Program-made: the position numbers and the translations under genes
The notes under the pieces: model-generated
The model's database searches: none
What the model was told of the DNA's origin: nothing
What the model saw: the letters and a program-made list of their open reading frames with translations, nothing else
Part shown: positions 11,201-21,430 of the stretch, piece by piece
Layout of the letters: every line of letters begins with the position of its first letter
Position numbering within the stretch: position 1 is the first letter of the stretch
Assembly (NCBI GenBank): GCA_039029135.1
Contig: JBCCGT010000002.1
Coordinates: 86,714 to 150,713 of the forward strand
From: Pseudomonadota bacterium
Lineage (GTDB): Bacteria; Pseudomonadota; Gammaproteobacteria; Pseudomonadales; Azotimanducaceae
Direction of reading: 5' to 3'
DNA: 64,000 nucleotides

Positions 11201-11798
11201 CGCCGTGTCGGCGGACGCGATCGGCGAGCGTCGCAGCAGCGCGATCGACGCCGGCTGCAACGGCTACGTCACGAAGCCCATCGACTTCGACACGCTGCTC
11301 GCCGAGTGCAGCGAGCACATGGGTGTCGATCTGGCAGAAACACCGCGGCGGCGCGCCACCGACAACGCGGTCGAAGAGCTCGCGGAAGAGCCGTCGGCCG
11401 CCGGTGCCGCGATGCGCGTTCCGGGCATCGACGTCGGCCAGGCGATTCGCAATCACAACGACAACGTCAAGCTCATGCTGAAGCTGATGGGCGACTTCCC
11501 GCGCTACTACGGCGACGCGGGCACGCGCATGCGCGCGCACATCGTCAACGGCGAAATCGAGGAGGCCGAGCGACTGGCCCACAACCTGCGCGGGGTCGCC
11601 GGCTCGTTCGGCGCGGTCGACCTGCAGGAGGCGTCAAAGACGCTGGAGCTCGCGCTCGCGGACGGCGAAGAGACCAACCTGCTGGGGCTCGCGAACAGTT
11701 TCGCCGTCGCGCTGACAGAAGTGCTGGAGGGCGCGGAATCCCTCGCGAGCAAGGAAATCCCGCTGCGCGCGAGCGACTTTAGTGAGGATGCGTCCTGA
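5283..11798 (+). CDS. giant multidomain sensor: Ser/Thr protein kinase, AAA (P-loop) ATPase, helical repeats, GAF, PAS, HisKA, HATPase_c, REC and Hpt
   Basis: 2171 aa. Kinase motifs: [40 protein letters not shown]-loop GPRGVGKQS (nt 6411-6437). GAF around nt 9255-9770. H-box SHEIRTPMN (His codon 10212-10214). G2 box [17 protein letters not shown] motif [13 protein letters not shown] (Asp codon 11124-11126). Hpt motif [12 protein letters not shown] (His codon 11580-11582). Confidence 0.9.
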   Translation: MPSGEASGGSDDRTPSASKGATENTRGGHTHLDSQADQASTATPDTAGERRATVLERGEPSALADETIYESASTIVHRRTQDGVRVICKALKPHAATPTAISRYYHEFAINQSLTSAYVCRALSFDERVPEITLEDGEGQALKTLIRDDALSWEDRLFIAAELCSAVQSIHDEGAVHRDLNPANVVVNLTRQSLHLIDFGLATLSTREYPELDQLGALTGTLPYISPEQTGRVNRVVDYRTDLYSLGATLYELFAGTPPFPFTDPLELIHSHIARTPTPLAEADRKLPQWLSDIVAKLLAKQPEDRYQTAGAAGVDLQRASQDGEARSASFALGRTDSKHQLTLPQALYGRQPEQKKLAELIERAHDGESLIVHMFGPRGVGKQSLTRSYGAQFRDGGGLTARFDCSIGMADIAECQLELARQLLRQILSKDDDTSNAFLARLRNLAPAYTEQLRANVPELARVFQQASRPDPQQLERDTLHQLLKSISPISALVVLENPNRVAPEDLLALMDDFMALNNTIVVLSMENDFDLGLDAYRLRTTRIDLKPIDRAAVRLLLAETFSHSESKVRELAAEIHEKTEGYPAQVLALLYELHANESIYYDGEADGWSWRLDAVKSHYFTDNSAERISTLLERQSDAVRSLLEVASCIGGSFNAPALAQLTGLPEADVAQLIHQAASAGLIAVRETGFEDGPVYGFSHADIRGRIYADLDEGRKSILHNGIADHLMSRSTGIATNSNQTVRLEGERLILMAEHLNAATDPLDSSPDKLQQVAYHNLLAAKELIRQADYRAAFNLAHTALRLYLQGDLSSSLLNQELTLCAAEAAYLCPDYEQLERLLADNQLPSATLAEFEIRMAYAKGDLTRAASLVQKTLTALPNIDELRSRPILERLTDFGQSGPTLPRLPESTSDAAYQQALRLCGYALPGALQTGNRALIREWCELARRGNRFGYAPEQAALFAAAAAVAQSQGRRGAGLAQAARTVIKQWPEAIFSARARGILSALYEPWHTPIDLAVSNLSDSLRELLASRDYEFAGLLLHWFASNAMLRGTDLTSLARRLKAHMEQLADFGEITNVAAVFHLERIIQSYIGDKLDAGAEVVQPLFEDVPQIDNPADRLTRATIYCQRAYYAVIFNDPDGAREILPAAREYADALIGSPLLIQLAFCEALVEDGSRRRRAIRRLSRWARETPFARPKSQIVLAEARWRAGDRNGALELFEAAAASARELSLVNDEALAYERAARRCDSEGRRDFLRLFAHSAHRAYMRWGAVAKLTQFEEAFSAALREAGRDPSRGLADISDLTVRDFHSHSHTYHSQEFNERLLDTTTVLRAAQALSGEIRLDHVLEKLLGLTLEHAGAQKAAMLLSTEGRLYLEAVASVDSEHTRRINPPIPMEASSEVPLNIVQFVSRTKQVLVLGDATQDDAFVQDAYIARNKPLSVLCLPILHRGELTGALYVEHRWLSEVFTEQRVEVLSLLSSQAAISIENARLYGDLQGARDDYRTLYDNAIEGLFRISPQGALLRANPTLATLLGFESVDGLLREYRDLLDNVFLEQDRSQEFMRRLDETTSVTAFEAKAVTRDGREFWMSIAARLTEEQDVGEYIDGSIIDITSRIESEQAEKQRQIAEAATQAKSEFLANMSHEIRTPMNAIIGFSELTLDTDLDRQQREYIGSIKRASESLLSLVNDVLDFSKIEAGKLDLEHTPFKLDASLEELQRLFRTELHKKKLPLVVRNHALAHAAYPQNGVLLGDSLRLQQVLVNLVSNALKFTEDGEISIDVEFVDAFPDARGEERLRLRFRVSDTGIGIAPEQQARLFDSFEQAESSTTREYGGTGLGLSICKRLVEMMGGEISVTSEVEHGSCFAFSAVFGKGKAEIERGTPRAKTRDRSAALFANRRVLLAEDNPINQQLALAFLQRAGATVDIAETGRQAMARAVANAYDLILMDIRMPEMDGLAATRSLREQGLETPIIAVSADAIGERRSSAIDAGCNGYVTKPIDFDTLLAECSEHMGVDLAETPRRRATDNAVEELAEEPSAAGAAMRVPGIDVGQAIRNHNDNVKLMLKLMGDFPRYYGDAGTRMRAHIVNGEIEEAERLAHNLRGVAGSFGAVDLQEASKTLELALADGEETNLLGLANSFAVALTEVLEGAESLASKEIPLRASDFSEDAS

Positions 11799-11876
11799 GC
11801 GCGAATGCGTCCTGAGAGAAGTTGCGTCCTGAGAGAAGTTGCGTGCTGAGAGAAGCTGCGTCCTGAGTCGGACGCA
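11789..11876. repeat. five tandem copies of a 17-bp unit (TGCGTCCTGAGAGAAGT) ending in a hairpin
   Basis: Core TGCGTCCTGAG occurs at 11789, 11806, 11823, 11840 (one mismatch) and 11857. The last copy pairs as TGCGTCC-TGAGTC-GGACGCA (11857-11876). The first copy contains the stop codon of the giant kinase gene (11796-11798). Confidence 0.85.
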
Positions 11877-11885
11877 ACTGCAGGG

Positions 11886-12809
11886 TCAGGAAAGCGCGAC
11901 GGTCGGCAGCGTCTTCAGCGCCTCCAGCGCCGCGAAATCGAACAGCGCTTGATCCGCCAACTGCGACGGCGCGATCTGCCCCAGGGCGCGCGCGATGTTG
12001 TCGATGCGACCGGGCTGCTCTACCTCCCACTCCTTCAGCATGGCCTTGACTCTGGCGCGCTGCAGATTGGGCTGCGAGCCGCACAGGTTGCAGGGAATGA
12101 TCGGGAACTCACGCACCGCGGCGTAGCGTTCGATGTCTTTCTCGCGGCAATAGTACAGCGGCCGAATCAACAGGTTTCCGCGGTCGTCCGAGAGCAGCTT
12201 GGGCGGCATGGACGCCAGCCGGCCGCCGAAGAACATGTTCAGAAACAGCGTCTCGACCGCGTCGTCCGCGTGATGGCCGAGCGCGATCTTGTCCGCGCCG
12301 ATGCGCTTGGCAAAGCTGTAGAGAATGCCGCGCCGCAGTCGGGAGCAGACCGGGCAGGTGGTCTTACCTTCCGGCGTCAGCTCCTTGACCACCGAGTAGG
12401 TGTCTTCCTCTAGCACGTGGTACTCCACACCCAGGGCGTCCAGATACTCGGGCAACACGTGCGCCGGAAACCCCGGCTGCTTCTGATCCAGATTGACCGC
12501 GATCAAGCTGAAGTCGACTGGCGCGCTGCGCTGCAGGCTCAGCAGCATGTCCAGCATCGTGTAGGAATCCTTGCCGCCGGACAGGCACACCATGATGCGA
12601 TCGCCGGCGGCGATCATGTCATAGTCCGCCACCGCCTTGCCGGTCAGTCGGCGCAGCTTCTTGGCCAGCTTGTTGTGGTCGTAGACGCGCGCCCGCGCCG
12701 AGCGGGACTCGGGCTGCCAGGTCGCCGCCTGCGCGCCCGGCTCTTGCTCGACCGCGCCTTCGGCGACCGAATCGGCTGCAGGGTCGGATGTGAAAACACT
12801 CGAAGTCAT
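11886..12809 (-). CDS. ttcA: tRNA-cytidine(32) 2-sulfurtransferase TtcA
   Basis: PP-loop motif [19 protein letters not shown] plus the CNLCGSQ cysteine motif. Colinear with E. coli TtcA. I placed the start at the ATG at 12809; a GTG at 12836 is an alternative. Confidence 0.85.
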   Translation of the reverse strand: MTSSVFTSDPAADSVAEGAVEQEPGAQAATWQPESRSARARVYDHNKLAKKLRRLTGKAVADYDMIAAGDRIMVCLSGGKDSYTMLDMLLSLQRSAPVDFSLIAVNLDQKQPGFPAHVLPEYLDALGVEYHVLEEDTYSVVKELTPEGKTTCPVCSRLRRGILYSFAKRIGADKIALGHHADDAVETLFLNMFFGGRLASMPPKLLSDDRGNLLIRPLYYCREKDIERYAAVREFPIIPCNLCGSQPNLQRARVKAMLKEWEVEQPGRIDNIARALGQIAPSQLADQALFDFAALEALKTLPTVALS

Positions 12810-12864
12810 GGTTGGGACGTCGCCGGAAACGGTCACGGATTGTCGGCGTTTGGCGCCCGGGGTT

Positions 12865-14523
12865 TCAAGCGTGATCTGTAGACCAGGGCCTCTCGGCCGA
12901 TCGCAGGTCGCGGAGGAAGGGTTCGAGCTGACCGGCCGGCATCGGCTTCGAGAACAGATAGCCCTGCGCCATCGAGCAGCCGAGGCGCCGCAGCGCCTCG
13001 AGATCCTCCGCGGACTCGACGCCCTCGGCGATCACGTCGAGCGCCATCGCCTGACCGAGGGCGACGATGCCTGCGACGATACCGCGGTTCGCCGGCTCGG
13101 TGGCAATGCGCCGGACAAAGCCACGATCGATCTTCAGCAGGTCGAACGAATAGTCGCGCAGATAGCTGATCGACGAATAGCCGGCGCCGAAATCATCGAG
13201 CGCGATTCTCGCCCCCAGCGCCCGCGCCTGGGTGAGAAAGTCCAGACCGAGCTGATGATCCTCGAGCAGCAGGCTCTCCGTGATTTCGATCGTGAGCTGC
13301 CTGGTCGCGGGCGCCCGCAGCGCCTGCAGCAGTTGCGCAACGTCGGCCGCACTGCGCAGCTGTCGAGGGCTGATGTTCACCGAGATTCGGATGTCGCCCC
13401 AGCCGCTGCGCGCGATCGAATCCAGCAGCTTGAGCACCTCACGCACCGCCCAGAGGCCGATCGGCACGATCTCGCCGCTGTCCTCCGCAATCGGCACGAA
13501 CTCTGCCGGCGATACCGCGCCGAGTTGCGGATGCTGCCAGCGCAGCAGCGCCTCGAACGCGACCAGTCGATTCGTCGCGACCTCGATGATCGGCTGCACG
13601 CTTAAGCCTAGCTGCTCGGCGACGAGGGCCTCGCGCAGAGCCGACTCCACCGCAAAGCGGCGATGCGCCCGTTCATTAAACGCCGGTTCGAAGAACACCA
13701 GCCGGTTACCGCCCGCCTCCTTGGCCGCGCCGCAGGCGGCGTCGGCGCGCTGCAGCAGCTCGCCAACGCCCGCGCCCGCGACCGGCAGCATGGTCACGCC
13801 GATGCTTGCGGTCAGATAGAGCGCGCTGCCCTCCACGTCATAGGCCTGCGTGAGTCTCTCGAAGATGGCGCGCGCCATGTCGCCCCCCTCCGCCGCGGTG
13901 GTCAGCGGCGCGAGCAAGACCGCGAAGCGATCGCCTCCGACCCGCGCCACGGTGTCAGACTCGCGGACCGTCAAGGCCAGTCGGCGCGCGACTTCGGTCA
14001 ACACCAGATCGCCGCTGCGATAGGTCAGCGAATCGTTGACCGTGCCGAAACCGTCGAGGTCGACGCTGACAAGCGCGCCGATCTCGTCGCGCGAGCGGGC
14101 GGCGAGCGCATACCGCCCCAGCCTTTCGCTGAGCAGGTTTAGGTTTGGCAGCTTGGTCAGCGTGTCGTGATGCGCCTGCCATAAGAGCAACCGCCGATCT
14201 TCCGCCTCGCCGTCGCGCAAGCGCCGCCGCAGGCGACGCCGTCGAACCCAGCTCTCCGCGAGACCAGGTACCAGCGCCGGCAGTGCCTCCACCGGCAGGC
14301 GCCTGGGGGCGATCAGCAGCAGCGCCAGCGCAAGCGGCAGCGCGGACAGGAGCACGACCGTACGCGGATCGCTCGCGAGCGTGACAACCAGCAACAGCGC
14401 CAGGGCGCAGCGAGCGAATAGCCGACGTTTGGCAGCGGGAATTCTCAACGCGACATCGGGCCTCTTCCGGACAGCGTGTGCGGTGTGCACGCATAACCCT
14501 AGAAGAGGCTGGCGAGGACGCAA
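12865..14523 (-). CDS. membrane-anchored GGDEF-EAL protein, probably a c-di-GMP phosphodiesterase with a degenerate GGDEF motif
   Basis: Hydrophobic N-terminus. The GGDEF site reads GGDRF. The EAL domain looks intact ([29 protein letters not shown]). Start codon uncertain (TTG at 14523). Confidence 0.8.
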   Translation of the reverse strand: MRPRQPLLGLCVHTAHAVRKRPDVALRIPAAKRRLFARCALALLLVVTLASDPRTVVLLSALPLALALLLIAPRRLPVEALPALVPGLAESWVRRRRLRRRLRDGEAEDRRLLLWQAHHDTLTKLPNLNLLSERLGRYALAARSRDEIGALVSVDLDGFGTVNDSLTYRSGDLVLTEVARRLALTVRESDTVARVGGDRFAVLLAPLTTAAEGGDMARAIFERLTQAYDVEGSALYLTASIGVTMLPVAGAGVGELLQRADAACGAAKEAGGNRLVFFEPAFNERAHRRFAVESALREALVAEQLGLSVQPIIEVATNRLVAFEALLRWQHPQLGAVSPAEFVPIAEDSGEIVPIGLWAVREVLKLLDSIARSGWGDIRISVNISPRQLRSAADVAQLLQALRAPATRQLTIEITESLLLEDHQLGLDFLTQARALGARIALDDFGAGYSSISYLRDYSFDLLKIDRGFVRRIATEPANRGIVAGIVALGQAMALDVIAEGVESAEDLEALRRLGCSMAQGYLFSKPMPAGQLEPFLRDLRSAERPWSTDHA

Positions 14524-14598
14524 TCGACGTCGCGAATATGACGGTGCCGCGGCGTTTGCGCGTCAAACCAACGCGTCCGCCGCGGCGCGCAGGCGGGC

Positions 14599-17088
14599 CT
14601 ACTCGATACCGCGCAGAACCCGCATGGGTGGGGAACTGATCAGGCTGCGCGCGCCGAGCAGGCCCACGACGACGACCAGCAGCGCGCCCGCGACAGGGGT
14701 TGCCAGCCAATACAGCGGATGTGCCTGCGCGGGCAGCGCGAAGACCTCGGTCTGCAGCAGATTGACGGCCAGCTCGGCCCCGGCGATCGCAAGTAACCCG
14801 GACAGGGCGCCGAGCGTCAGGAACTCGATGCTCAGCGAGCCGGCGATCAGCGAGCGAGTACCGCCGAGCGCGCGCAGCAGACCGTGCTCCGCGAGCCGTT
14901 CGTCGCGCGACGACTGAATGCTCGCCAGCAGCACCAGGGCGCCGGAGACCAGCACCAGCAGCAGCACCAGCTCGATGGCCTGCGTCACGCGCCGCGTCAC
15001 TTCCTGCACCTGACGCATGATGTCTTCCATCGGGATAACGCTGACGGTGGGATAGCTGCGCAGAAAGTCGTTCAGCACGCGCTTTCGGTCCGCGCCCAGA
15101 TTGAAGCTGGTCATGAAGGTCGTAGGGACGTCGGCGAGCATGGGCGGCGAGAAGATGACGAAGAAATTTGGCCGCAGGCTGCCCCAGTCCACGCGCCGCA
15201 GATTCGTGACCCGGCCGCTGACGCGAGTGCCCGCAACGTCGATATCCATCACATCGCCAACCGACAGCCCGTGCTGGGCCGCGTACTCGTCTTCCAGCGA
15301 AATCAGGTGTTCGCCCGTGTCCTCCGGCCACCACTCGCCGTCGACCAGTTCGTTCTGCTCGGGAAAACGCGCCGAGTAGGTGAGATTGCGCGTGTTACTG
15401 AGATCGTTGTCCCAGACGTTGTCCTGCTGCGCCATCCAGTCGTCGGCGGTAAGGCCGTTGACGCCCACGACCCGCCCACGAATCATCGGAAACAGCTCGC
15501 CGACCTGCGGGCTGATACGGTCGAGGTGCCGTTCGACGTCGCCGACCTGCGCTGGTGTTACGTTCATAACAAAGTGGTTCGGCGCATCTTCGGGCAACTG
15601 TGCCCGCCACTGGGACAGCAGGGAGGTGCGAACGAGCACCAGGATCAAGAGCAGCATGATCGCGAGGCCAAAGATCAGCATCTGCGAGATGCTGGCGCCA
15701 CGCCGCCGCTGTATGCCAGCCATCGCCAGCCGCCAGGCCGAGCCGGCCTGCATGCCCAGCGCACCCGCGCCGCGCAAGACAAGCCACGCGGCCAGGGCAA
15801 ACACCGCAACCGCGCCTCCGATGGCGCCGAGCGTGTACAGCGTCAGCCGCAGCGAGTCGCTGTACCACAGGATCAGCCCCACGACCCCCACCGCGGCGAA
15901 GACATAGGTCAGCGCGCCCGCAGCGCTCGCGTCGATGTCGCGGCGAATCACCCGCATCGGTGAGATGCCGACAAGCGCAAGCAGCGGCGGCAAAGCGAAG
16001 CTGAACAGACACACGAAGCCGGTGATCAGGCCCAGCGTATAGGGCCGCACCCCGGGCTGGGGCAGCTCGCCCTGAATGAGATCGCCGATGATGAGCAGCA
16101 CGACGTGCTGCAGGACCCAGCCAACGACCAGCCCGAGCAGCGCGCCGACGCCGCCGATAACGAACAGCACGGAAAGGTAGTCGCGCAGCACCGAACGCGG
16201 CGTCGCGCCCAGCGTCTTCAGCACCGCGACGTGATCGTAATGGCGGCGCGCATAGCGATGGGCTGCGAGCGCCACTGCGACGCCCGCCAACAGAACGGCG
16301 AGCAGCCCACCAAGCAGTAGAAAACTCTCGGCGCGATCGAGCGAGTCGCCGATGGCCAGGCTCGCGGACCGCACGCCCTGCCAGCGCATGTGCTCGACGT
16401 CCGCCGGATCGAGCGCCGCGCGCAGCGCCTCGAGCGTGTCGTCCTCGCCCTTCAGCAGATACTTGAAGGTGACCCGACTGCCCGGCTGCAGCATCTCGGT
16501 GGCGGCAAGGTCGGCGGTCGACATCAACGCCCGGGGTGCGAGATCCACGAAGCTGCCGCCGCGGTCCGGTTCCCGGGTCAGCACGCGGGTGACCTTCAGG
16601 CTGGCGAGCCCCACGTCGACCTGATCGCCGAGCGCAATGTCGAGCGCCGGGAAAAGCCGCGAGTCGAGCCAAACCTCGCCCGCGCGCGGGACCTCGAAAA
16701 TAGGGGCGTCGTCGCCGAACGGTTCAGCCGCGACGCGCAGCACGCCGCGCAGCGGATAGTCGGCGCTGACCGCCTTCACCGACGCCAGCAGATTGCGGTC
16801 GCTGCCGGAATACAGCACGGTCGCAAAAGAGACGGTCTCGGCGTACTCGACGTCGAATTCCTCAGCGAGCCGGGCGACGTTCGACACGCTCTCCTGCGAT
16901 CCCGACAGGATCCTGTCGGCGGCGAGGAACGTCGACGACTGCTCGACCAGCGCCAGTTGCAGGCGGTCCACGAACAGCGCCACAGCGGTGACCGAGCTGA
17001 CCGCGATGACGATCGACCACAGCAGCAGTCGCAGTTCGCCGGCGCGCCAGTCGCGCCAAACCAGGCGCAGGGCAAACGGCAGACGCAC
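14599..17088 (-). CDS. ybbP: ABC transporter permease, YbbP-like (double FtsX-type permease)
   Basis: 829 aa with a GTG start. N-terminus [22 protein letters not shown] is typical of YbbP. Many TM segments. Sits downstream of ybbA and divergent from tesA, as in E. coli. Confidence 0.8.
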   Translation of the reverse strand: MRLPFALRLVWRDWRAGELRLLLWSIVIAVSSVTAVALFVDRLQLALVEQSSTFLAADRILSGSQESVSNVARLAEEFDVEYAETVSFATVLYSGSDRNLLASVKAVSADYPLRGVLRVAAEPFGDDAPIFEVPRAGEVWLDSRLFPALDIALGDQVDVGLASLKVTRVLTREPDRGGSFVDLAPRALMSTADLAATEMLQPGSRVTFKYLLKGEDDTLEALRAALDPADVEHMRWQGVRSASLAIGDSLDRAESFLLLGGLLAVLLAGVAVALAAHRYARRHYDHVAVLKTLGATPRSVLRDYLSVLFVIGGVGALLGLVVGWVLQHVVLLIIGDLIQGELPQPGVRPYTLGLITGFVCLFSFALPPLLALVGISPMRVIRRDIDASAAGALTYVFAAVGVVGLILWYSDSLRLTLYTLGAIGGAVAVFALAAWLVLRGAGALGMQAGSAWRLAMAGIQRRRGASISQMLIFGLAIMLLLILVLVRTSLLSQWRAQLPEDAPNHFVMNVTPAQVGDVERHLDRISPQVGELFPMIRGRVVGVNGLTADDWMAQQDNVWDNDLSNTRNLTYSARFPEQNELVDGEWWPEDTGEHLISLEDEYAAQHGLSVGDVMDIDVAGTRVSGRVTNLRRVDWGSLRPNFFVIFSPPMLADVPTTFMTSFNLGADRKRVLNDFLRSYPTVSVIPMEDIMRQVQEVTRRVTQAIELVLLLVLVSGALVLLASIQSSRDERLAEHGLLRALGGTRSLIAGSLSIEFLTLGALSGLLAIAGAELAVNLLQTEVFALPAQAHPLYWLATPVAGALLVVVVGLLGARSLISSPPMRVLRGIE

Positions 17089-17156
17089 TCAGGTTCGCCC
17101 CGTCCGCAGCGCCGCGCGCCGGCGAGGCCAGGAACGGCCCGGCAGGTGAACGGCGC

Positions 17157-17879
17157 TCACGCGACGATGCGCCCAGCGTCGAGCCGCACGCTGGTCGCAC
17201 AGCGCTCCGCGAGGCGGTTGTCGTGTGTCACGAGCACCAGGGTCGTACCAAAGTCGGCGTTCAGTTCGAACAGCAGGTCCGTGATGCGCGCGCCGGTCGC
17301 GGTGTCGAGATTGCCCGTCGGTTCATCGGCAAACAGGACCTGCGGTCGACATGCGAAGGCGCGCGCGATGGCGACCCGCTGCTGCTCGCCACCGGAGAGC
17401 TCGCGGGGCCTGTGGTGGCCGCGCGCGTCGAGGCCCACGCGGCGCAACAGCTCCGCCGCCCGTTCACCCGCGTCGGCGTCACCGCGCAGTTCCATGGGCA
17501 GCATGACGTTTTCCTGCGCCGACAGGCTGGCCAGCAGCTGAAAATTCTGGAACACGAAACCAACGACGCGACCGCGCAGCAGCGCGCGCGCCTCTTCGTC
17601 GAGCTCGGTGAGCACTTCACCCGCAAGCTCGATCGTGCCGGAGGTCGGCAAGTCCAGGCCGGCGAGCAGCCCCAGCAGCGTGGTCTTGCCCGAACCCGAT
17701 GCGCCCACCACCGCCAGGCTCTCGCCCGGCGCGATCGCGATGTTAATGTTCTGCAAAATCCGCAGCTCGCCTGCGGCGGTCGTTACGGTTTTGTTCACGT
17801 CCGATGTGGATACTATCGGTGTGAGCGTCGGTGCGGGCGTCGCCAGCTCGTGCACGGAGTTTGTCGAGGATTGCGTCAT
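17157..17879 (-). CDS. ybbA: ABC transporter ATP-binding protein, YbbA-like
   Basis: Walker [12 protein letters not shown], signature [14 protein letters not shown], Walker [13 protein letters not shown]. Confidence 0.85.
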   Translation of the reverse strand: MTQSSTNSVHELATPAPTLTPIVSTSDVNKTVTTAAGELRILQNINIAIAPGESLAVVGASGSGKTTLLGLLAGLDLPTSGTIELAGEVLTELDEEARALLRGRVVGFVFQNFQLLASLSAQENVMLPMELRGDADAGERAAELLRRVGLDARGHHRPRELSGGEQQRVAIARAFACRPQVLFADEPTGNLDTATGARITDLLFELNADFGTTLVLVTHDNRLAERCATSVRLDAGRIVA

Positions 17880-18156
17880 AGGGACCGTTTGCCGGTCTCG
17901 CGATGGCCGGTCTCGCGAGGATCGATGAATCGATCGGGTGAGTGTTCGGTTGCAGGCGGGCGGGTATTCGGCGCTCGGCCTGCTCGGCGTCCGGCGGCGC
18001 AGAGCGCTGCGGGCCGTCCAGTTTAAGTCTATGCGGGGCCGCGGTGAATGGATCGTGAACCTCGGGCACCGCCGCTGCGTCAGCGCGAGCGGGTCCGACG
18101 CCCAGCCGTCGCGGGGGTCGCCGATGAAAACTCAAAGCTATGTTGGAGCGTACAGG

Positions 18157-18924
18157 ATGAAGCAACTGCCGGGCACCCAGAAGCGAGCGTCCCGCGGCCG
18201 ATCACGCACCTCGCTGAGCCGACGGTTGATGCACGGCCTGGGCGCGCTGCTCGTGATCTGTTGCGCCGCTACCGGCCATGCGGGCACCCCCGACTCCCCT
18301 GCTACCAGTGATCGATTCGTCTCGGCCGATCAACCCGGCCTCAGGGTTCTGGTCTTCGGCGACAGCATCAGCGCGGCCTACGGCATCGATCGCGCGGACG
18401 GCTGGGCCACGCTGCTGGACGCGCGGCTGCGCGCGTTGGACCCAAGCTTCGGCGCCATCAACGCCAGCATCAGCGGCGAGACGACCCAGGGGGGTGCCGC
18501 GCGGATCGCTCACGCGCTGGCGCTGCATAAGCCCGACGTCGTGTTTGTCGAGCTGGGCGGCAACGATGCGCTGCGCGGCTATCCGATCAGCGACACGCGA
18601 GCCAATCTCACGCAAATGCTGCGCCTCAGCCGCGAAGCCGGCGCGAGCCCGATTCTGCTCGGCATGGACATCCCACCCAACTACGGGCCGCGCTATCGGC
18701 GGGACTTCCGCGGCGCGTTTGTCAGCGCCGCCGAAGCCACCGGCGCGTTCCTGGTCCCTTTCTTCCTGGACGGCGTGGCGCTGGTCGACGGCATGATGCA
18801 GAGCGACGGCATTCACCCTACGGCCGCAGCGCAGGCGCGGCTGCTCGCGACGGGCTGGGCGGCGCTGACGGAAACGGCCGGCGAGCGCTTCCCGGCCCTA
18901 CTGGACTGGGATCCAGACCCCTAG
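18157..18924 (+). CDS. tesA: SGNH/GDSL hydrolase, TesA-like arylesterase/thioesterase I
   Basis: The ATG at 18157 has GGAG 8 nt upstream. Signal-like N-terminus. Block I VLVFGDSISAAYG, plus GGNDAL and a DGIHP block. Divergent from ybbA-ybbP. Confidence 0.8.
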   Translation: MKQLPGTQKRASRGRSRTSLSRRLMHGLGALLVICCAATGHAGTPDSPATSDRFVSADQPGLRVLVFGDSISAAYGIDRADGWATLLDARLRALDPSFGAINASISGETTQGGAARIAHALALHKPDVVFVELGGNDALRGYPISDTRANLTQMLRLSREAGASPILLGMDIPPNYGPRYRRDFRGAFVSAAEATGAFLVPFFLDGVALVDGMMQSDGIHPTAAAQARLLATGWAALTETAGERFPALLDWDPDP

Positions 18925-18937
18925 TTTGCGCGGGTAG

Positions 18938-19933
18938 TTAGCCCGAGTCCTCGCGAGACCCGGGCTGCGCGTCTGGCCCGAGGTGCCGCTCGCCGCGCTC
19001 GGCCGCGAGCTCGATCTGCCGCTGCCGTTCGCTCAGCCCCGCCAGCCGCGCACCGCTGACCTCTACCACACAGCGCCGACAGCTCACGCCTTCGCGATAG
19101 TCCGGGTGCTCGCGATCCGAAACGCTCAGCGGTCGCCGACAGGCGTGGCACTGTTCGAAGTCGCCGGCCGCGAGGTCGGGCGTCAGGCTGACCCGCTGGT
19201 CGAAGACGAAACAGTCGCCCTGCCAGCGACTCGTCGCGGGGTCCGCGCTTTCGAGATACTGCAGCACGCCGCCGTCGAGCTGATAGACCCGCTCGAATCC
19301 CTGCTGCAGCAGATAGCTGGACGCCTTCTCGCAGCGAATGCCGCCAGTACAAAACATGGCCACGGGCTGTTCGGGGTCAAGCTGCTCCGCGACGTAGCGC
19401 GGAAACTCGCGAAAGTTGGCGGTGCCCGGATCGACCGCGCCGGCAAAGCCGCCGACCTCGATCTCATAGCCGTTACGGGTGTCGATGACGACCACGTCCG
19501 GGTCGTCGAGGAGCCGATGCCACTCGTCGACACCGACGTGGATGCCGGTGCGGGTGCCAGGCGCCGTCGCCGGACCGAAGCTGACGATCTCGGCCTTCAG
19601 CTTGACCCGCAGCCGGGCGAACGCGCGTCGCTGCGGATGCGCCCCCGAATACTTGGCGCCGAGATCGGCGAACGCCGGCCACGCACGCAGCCACGCCAGG
19701 AGACCATCCAACTCGTCGGGCTCGCCGTCCAACGAGCCGTTGATGCCCTCGGGGGCGAGCAGCACGGTGCCGAGCAGCCCCCGGCGCGCGGCCTCCGCCT
19801 CTAGCTCCGCGCGCAGGCGGCCGAGTTCGGCCTCGCCGAGGGGTTCGGCGACAAACTTGTAGAAGGCTGCCACCGCGCGCGGCGCACTGGCCGGCGACTC
19901 GGGGCGGGCAGACGTTGGTTGGGACGGCTGCAC
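18938..19933 (-). CDS. trhO: rhodanese-domain tRNA uridine(34) hydroxylase TrhO (YceA family)
   Basis: Motifs AAFYKFV...EGINGSL...FCTGGIRCEKAS, with C-terminal CxxC pairs. The ORF maximum (to 20029) overlaps bolA by 88 nt, so I placed the start at the in-frame GTG at 19933, 9 nt after the bolA stop. Confidence 0.75.
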   Translation of the reverse strand: MQPSQPTSARPESPASAPRAVAAFYKFVAEPLGEAELGRLRAELEAEAARRGLLGTVLLAPEGINGSLDGEPDELDGLLAWLRAWPAFADLGAKYSGAHPQRRAFARLRVKLKAEIVSFGPATAPGTRTGIHVGVDEWHRLLDDPDVVVIDTRNGYEIEVGGFAGAVDPGTANFREFPRYVAEQLDPEQPVAMFCTGGIRCEKASSYLLQQGFERVYQLDGGVLQYLESADPATSRWQGDCFVFDQRVSLTPDLAAGDFEQCHACRRPLSVSDREHPDYREGVSCRRCVVEVSGARLAGLSERQRQIELAAERGERHLGPDAQPGSREDSG

Positions 19934-19941
19934 GGGCGGCG

Positions 19942-20280
19942 CTAAGGCGAGTTCGCCTGTCCGGTGGCCGTCGCGCCACCGCCCAGACAGGGCGGCGACA
20001 GCGGTGCCGCACCGAAACGCTCGCGCCACTCGTTCGGCGTGTAGGTGTGCAGGGCGATAGCGTGCACGGGGCCGGCCAGGAATTCCGCGACCGCTGCGTT
20101 GACGGCGCGGTGGCGGGCAATCAGGCGTTGGCCGGCGAAGGCGTCGCTCACCAGCACCAGCTTGAAATGCGACTCCGAGCCGGGCGGCACGTTGTGGTTG
20201 CCGCTCTCGTTGACGATCTCGAGGTGGGCGAGATCGAAGGCGTCCGCCAGACGCTGCTCGATGACCTGGGCGATTTGCAT
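19942..20280 (-). CDS. bolA: BolA family transcriptional regulator / Fe-S assembly factor
   Basis: HFKLVLVSDAFAGQRLIARHRAVNAAVAEFLAGPVHAIALHTYTPNEW...SPPCLGGG matches E. coli BolA almost position for position. Confidence 0.8.
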   Translation of the reverse strand: MQIAQVIEQRLADAFDLAHLEIVNESGNHNVPPGSESHFKLVLVSDAFAGQRLIARHRAVNAAVAEFLAGPVHAIALHTYTPNEWRERFGAAPLSPPCLGGGATATGQANSP

Positions 20281-20338
20281 GCTGTTGGGGCTCCGCGCCG
20301 AAAACAGGGTGCGATCCTACCAGCGACCCGCGGCGGTA

Positions 20339-21034
20339 TCAGTCGGGCACCAGCCAAACTGCACTGATGTTGTCCTCGCCGCCGGCGGCATTGGCGGCCT
20401 CGACGAGCGCGGCGAGCAGCACCTGCGGGGCGTCCGCGTGCTTGCGCACCAACTCCTCCAAGTGCGTCGCTCGCAGCATGTCACTCAAACCATCGCTGCA
20501 GAGCAGAAATCGATCGCCGGGACGGACGTCGAACCTGTGCAGCTCAGCCTCGACCGTCAACTCGACGCCGACCGCCCGCGTAATCACGTTGCGATTCGGC
20601 GCCTGCCACGCCTCGTCCGCCGTCATCACGCCGCTGTCGACAAACTGCTGCACGATGCTGTGGTCGCGCGATAGCTGCTCGAGGCCATCATCCCGCAGCC
20701 GGTAGAGACGCGAGTCGCCGACGTTGGCGCACGCGAGGCCGTCGGCCTCCAACCGGACCGCGACCAGCGTGGTGCCCATGCTCTGCAGCCGCGTCGAGGT
20801 CTGCGCGAGTTCGAACACCCGCGCGTTGGCACGCGACACGGCGGCGTCAAGGTCCGCGCCGGCAACCAGTGCGTCCATGACGACGTCCACCGCCACCTCG
20901 CTCGCCACCTCGCCGGCGTTGAGGCCGCCCATGCCGTCCGCCAGCACGGCGACGCCGGCGCTCGCGTCGAACGCCACCGCGTCTTCGTTGTTGTCCCGCA
21001 CCCGCCCCGGGTCGGTGCGCGCGTAGATCTGCAT
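20339..21034 (-). CDS. PP2C-family Ser/Thr protein phosphatase
   Basis: The internal ATG at 21034 gives MQIYARTDPGRVRDNNEDAV...LADGMGG...CSDGLSD...GGEDNISAV, the canonical PPM motifs. The longer ORF (to 21418) runs through a non-coding repeat region. Confidence 0.8.
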   Translation of the reverse strand: MQIYARTDPGRVRDNNEDAVAFDASAGVAVLADGMGGLNAGEVASEVAVDVVMDALVAGADLDAAVSRANARVFELAQTSTRLQSMGTTLVAVRLEADGLACANVGDSRLYRLRDDGLEQLSRDHSIVQQFVDSGVMTADEAWQAPNRNVITRAVGVELTVEAELHRFDVRPGDRFLLCSDGLSDMLRATHLEELVRKHADAPQVLLAALVEAANAAGGEDNISAVWLVPD

Positions 21035-21178
21035 CGCGGCACTATCGGTCAGGCTCAGCCGTTTTTGCAACGCAAGTCCGATGTGCGGTGTTGATATCCC
21101 TACCGGCGCGCGCGCCGCAGCACGCGCGTCCGCGAGGCCAGGCCGCGCATCACGCATGCCGCGCGTTCCTGCGAAGGG

Positions 21179-21245
21179 ACTCCGAAGACGCTCCGAAGAC
21201 GCTCGAAAAACGCTCCGAAAGCACTCCGCAAACGCCCGGAAAATG
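21179..21245. repeat. about six phased 11-bp repeats (CTCCGAAGACG-like) in the PP2C / yaaA divergent intergenic region
   Basis: The sequence reads actccgaagacg ctccgaagacg ctcgaaaaacg ctccgaaagca ctccgcaaacg cccggaaaatg. A-rich tracts recur with an 11-bp period. Confidence 0.7.
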
Positions 21246-21430
21246 CCGGGCGTCGGGGTCTCCAAAAACCGGACGCCATGGGTTGGCCGGACGGCCTCCT
21301 CTGGACCCTGTGTTATCGTTGTACGGCGCGTTGTGCCTGCAGGAGGCGTGCGTGCTAGCCGCGTGCGCTGGCCGCGAACGCGCAACATTAAACGCAAACC
21401 ATAAAACACCACGGTCACGCTGCTCGCCCT

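Noticed and set aside
5553-11582. Long minus-strand ORFs antisense to the giant kinase gene (5553..6728, 7998..9662, 10389..11582 and others)
   Set aside because: These are typical high-GC shadow ORFs. Their translations are Arg/Ala/Gly/Pro-rich with no motifs, and they lie entirely within a plus-strand gene that has many strong domain signatures.
13955-16672. 459-aa and 425-aa minus-strand ORFs overlapping the GGDEF-EAL and ybbP genes in other frames
   Set aside because: Low-complexity Arg/Ala/Gly translations. The competing frames carry clear EAL and FtsX-permease motifs.
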